Shown piece by piece: positions 62,553 to 64,000 of a stretch of DNA of 64,000 bases. Numbering within the stretch: the stretch's first letter is position 1; each line of letters starts with the position of its first letter. This DNA is from Pristiophorus japonicus (taxonomy: Eukaryota): assembly GCF_044704955.1 (NCBI RefSeq), contig NC_091987.1:26598001-26662000 (forward strand). The letters are read 5' to 3'. The notes beneath the pieces were generated by a model. The model was not told where the DNA came from, made no database searches, and was given only the letters and a program-made list of their open reading frames with translations. The position numbers and the translations under genes were made by a program.

Positions 62553-64000
62553 GAATCGGCTCAAGTAACTACATTTCAAGCACCACCAAGCACCAAACAA
62601 AGCACAAACAGTAATAACCATTCAATAAAAAATAAAGAAGTGAAGTAAATAATTAAAGTAACAAATAAAAGTACTGCATCAAATCCTACCTTAAACTGAA
62701 CTATGCAGCGGCTGGCCGTGCGGGAGTTCGTTCGGCCAGGGCAAGGTGCGCCACACTGGCAAACCCTTCGGCCAGGCCAAGAATCGGGAGAACGCGGCAA
62801 GCTAGGGGGGCAGGGGGAGAGAAACGGAGAAAAACTGTGGCAGGCTGTGGGCGGGGGGGCGGCGAGAGAGGGGGGAGAAGGCAGAATTCTGCAGGCTGTG
62901 GGTGGGGGGGGGGAGAGGGGGGAGAGAGGGGGAGAAGGCAGAACTCTGCAGGCTGTGGGTGGGGGAGGTGCTGACGAGGAGGGAGAGAGAAGTTACATGG
63001 CTGATGGGGGAGGGGGAGAGCACAAAAGACCTTTGGGTTTCTTACCCTGTTTGGGGAGTGAGACGAGTTGGGCTGTGTGTTGTGTTAATGGAACATGATT
63101 CAGTTTCAATGTAAAAAATAGTTTATTGAAAATTTTAGGATGTACTTCACTTTAGTGTAATAAAATAATTTGTTTATCAAACTGCACTTTAATATGACTC
63201 TTTAAGATCATTTAAAAACTTTAAGATCACTTATAAACTTAGAAAGTTACAAAAGTTACAAAACAATTTCAACGTGAAAAATCACACTCTAAAATCACTT
63301 AAACTTCAAGATCACTTTTTAGGTGTGAAATTAAATAACTTACAATATGTGAGAACATTTACACTCCAAGATCACTTAAAAACCCTAAGATCACTTATAA
63401 GTTGTAAAGTTACATCACTTACAAAATAATTTACATTTGAAAACAGTTACAGGAGTAAAATCAACAACAGCAAGAACAACAGCAGCAGCAGCAAGGAAAG
63501 GCTGCACCCATCTCCGATCCACATCTCGGTGAATGTACACTGCTTCATGGGGGTGGTGGTTGGGGGGTTCGGTTACGGCTTGGGTCTCTGCAGAGACTAG
63601 TGCGGGGATTGCCATGGGAGTGGCAGTGGATTGGCCTGGCTGTGTTCCCTTATTGCAGCAGCTACCTCCCTGATGTCCTGTGCCGTTGTTCCCGCTGCCT
63701 CTGAAATGTCCTCCCTCATGTCCCATCACATTATTGCTATTTCTACTGTCAGTGTCGTTACCTCATCACCCACCCCACTGACGGTGTTTACGAGTGATTG
63801 GGTAAGCTCGTTGGTCTCACACCCAATGCTATCACCTGAGCCACATCTGTTGCACCCTCCATCTCAGGACAGCATGGTACATTTCTCCTTGGCCTCGCCC
63901 TGGGTCTATCTAGCGGAACCCCTCCAGTGTGAGGCGCAGGCTGGGACAGTGGGGCCCCAGGTGTTCCATACTGCATTCCAGCAGCACTGGGGGTCGCAGG

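Larger units (their letters stand above)
52877..64000. mobile_element. Probable second PIF/Harbinger element (terminus GGGCCCAAATTTCCCC after TTA), interrupted by Gypsy D and running off the window
   Basis: TTA|GGGC terminus typical of Harbinger; the flanks rejoin across the GAATC TSD. Degenerate minus-strand coding-like sequence at 63415-63976 may be the end of the Myb/SANT-like ORF. Confidence 0.55.

Overview
Eukaryotic (cartilaginous fish, most likely shark) genomic DNA, mostly decayed and nested transposable elements: CR1, L2 and RTE LINEs, five Mag-type Gypsy LTR elements from four families, two PIF/Harbinger elements and DeuSINE-like SINEs. One 136-N assembly gap is present. The only recognisable host gene is a minus-strand immunoglobulin new antigen receptor (IgNAR)-like heavy chain. 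Its constant exons C1 (about 48750-49067), C2 (42229-42531) and C3 (41397-41690) all carry inactivating lesions, and I found no V, D, J, C4, C5 or transmembrane exon in the window. The least explained region is 631-7282, a young 4-copy tandem array of about 1.68 kb. Each unit holds two older paralogous subunits with minus-strand splice donor, branch and acceptor signals around 51-60 nt micro-exons, one of which may end in an ITIM-like motif. That reading is speculative. Family assignments come from motif recognition and recall, not database searches.
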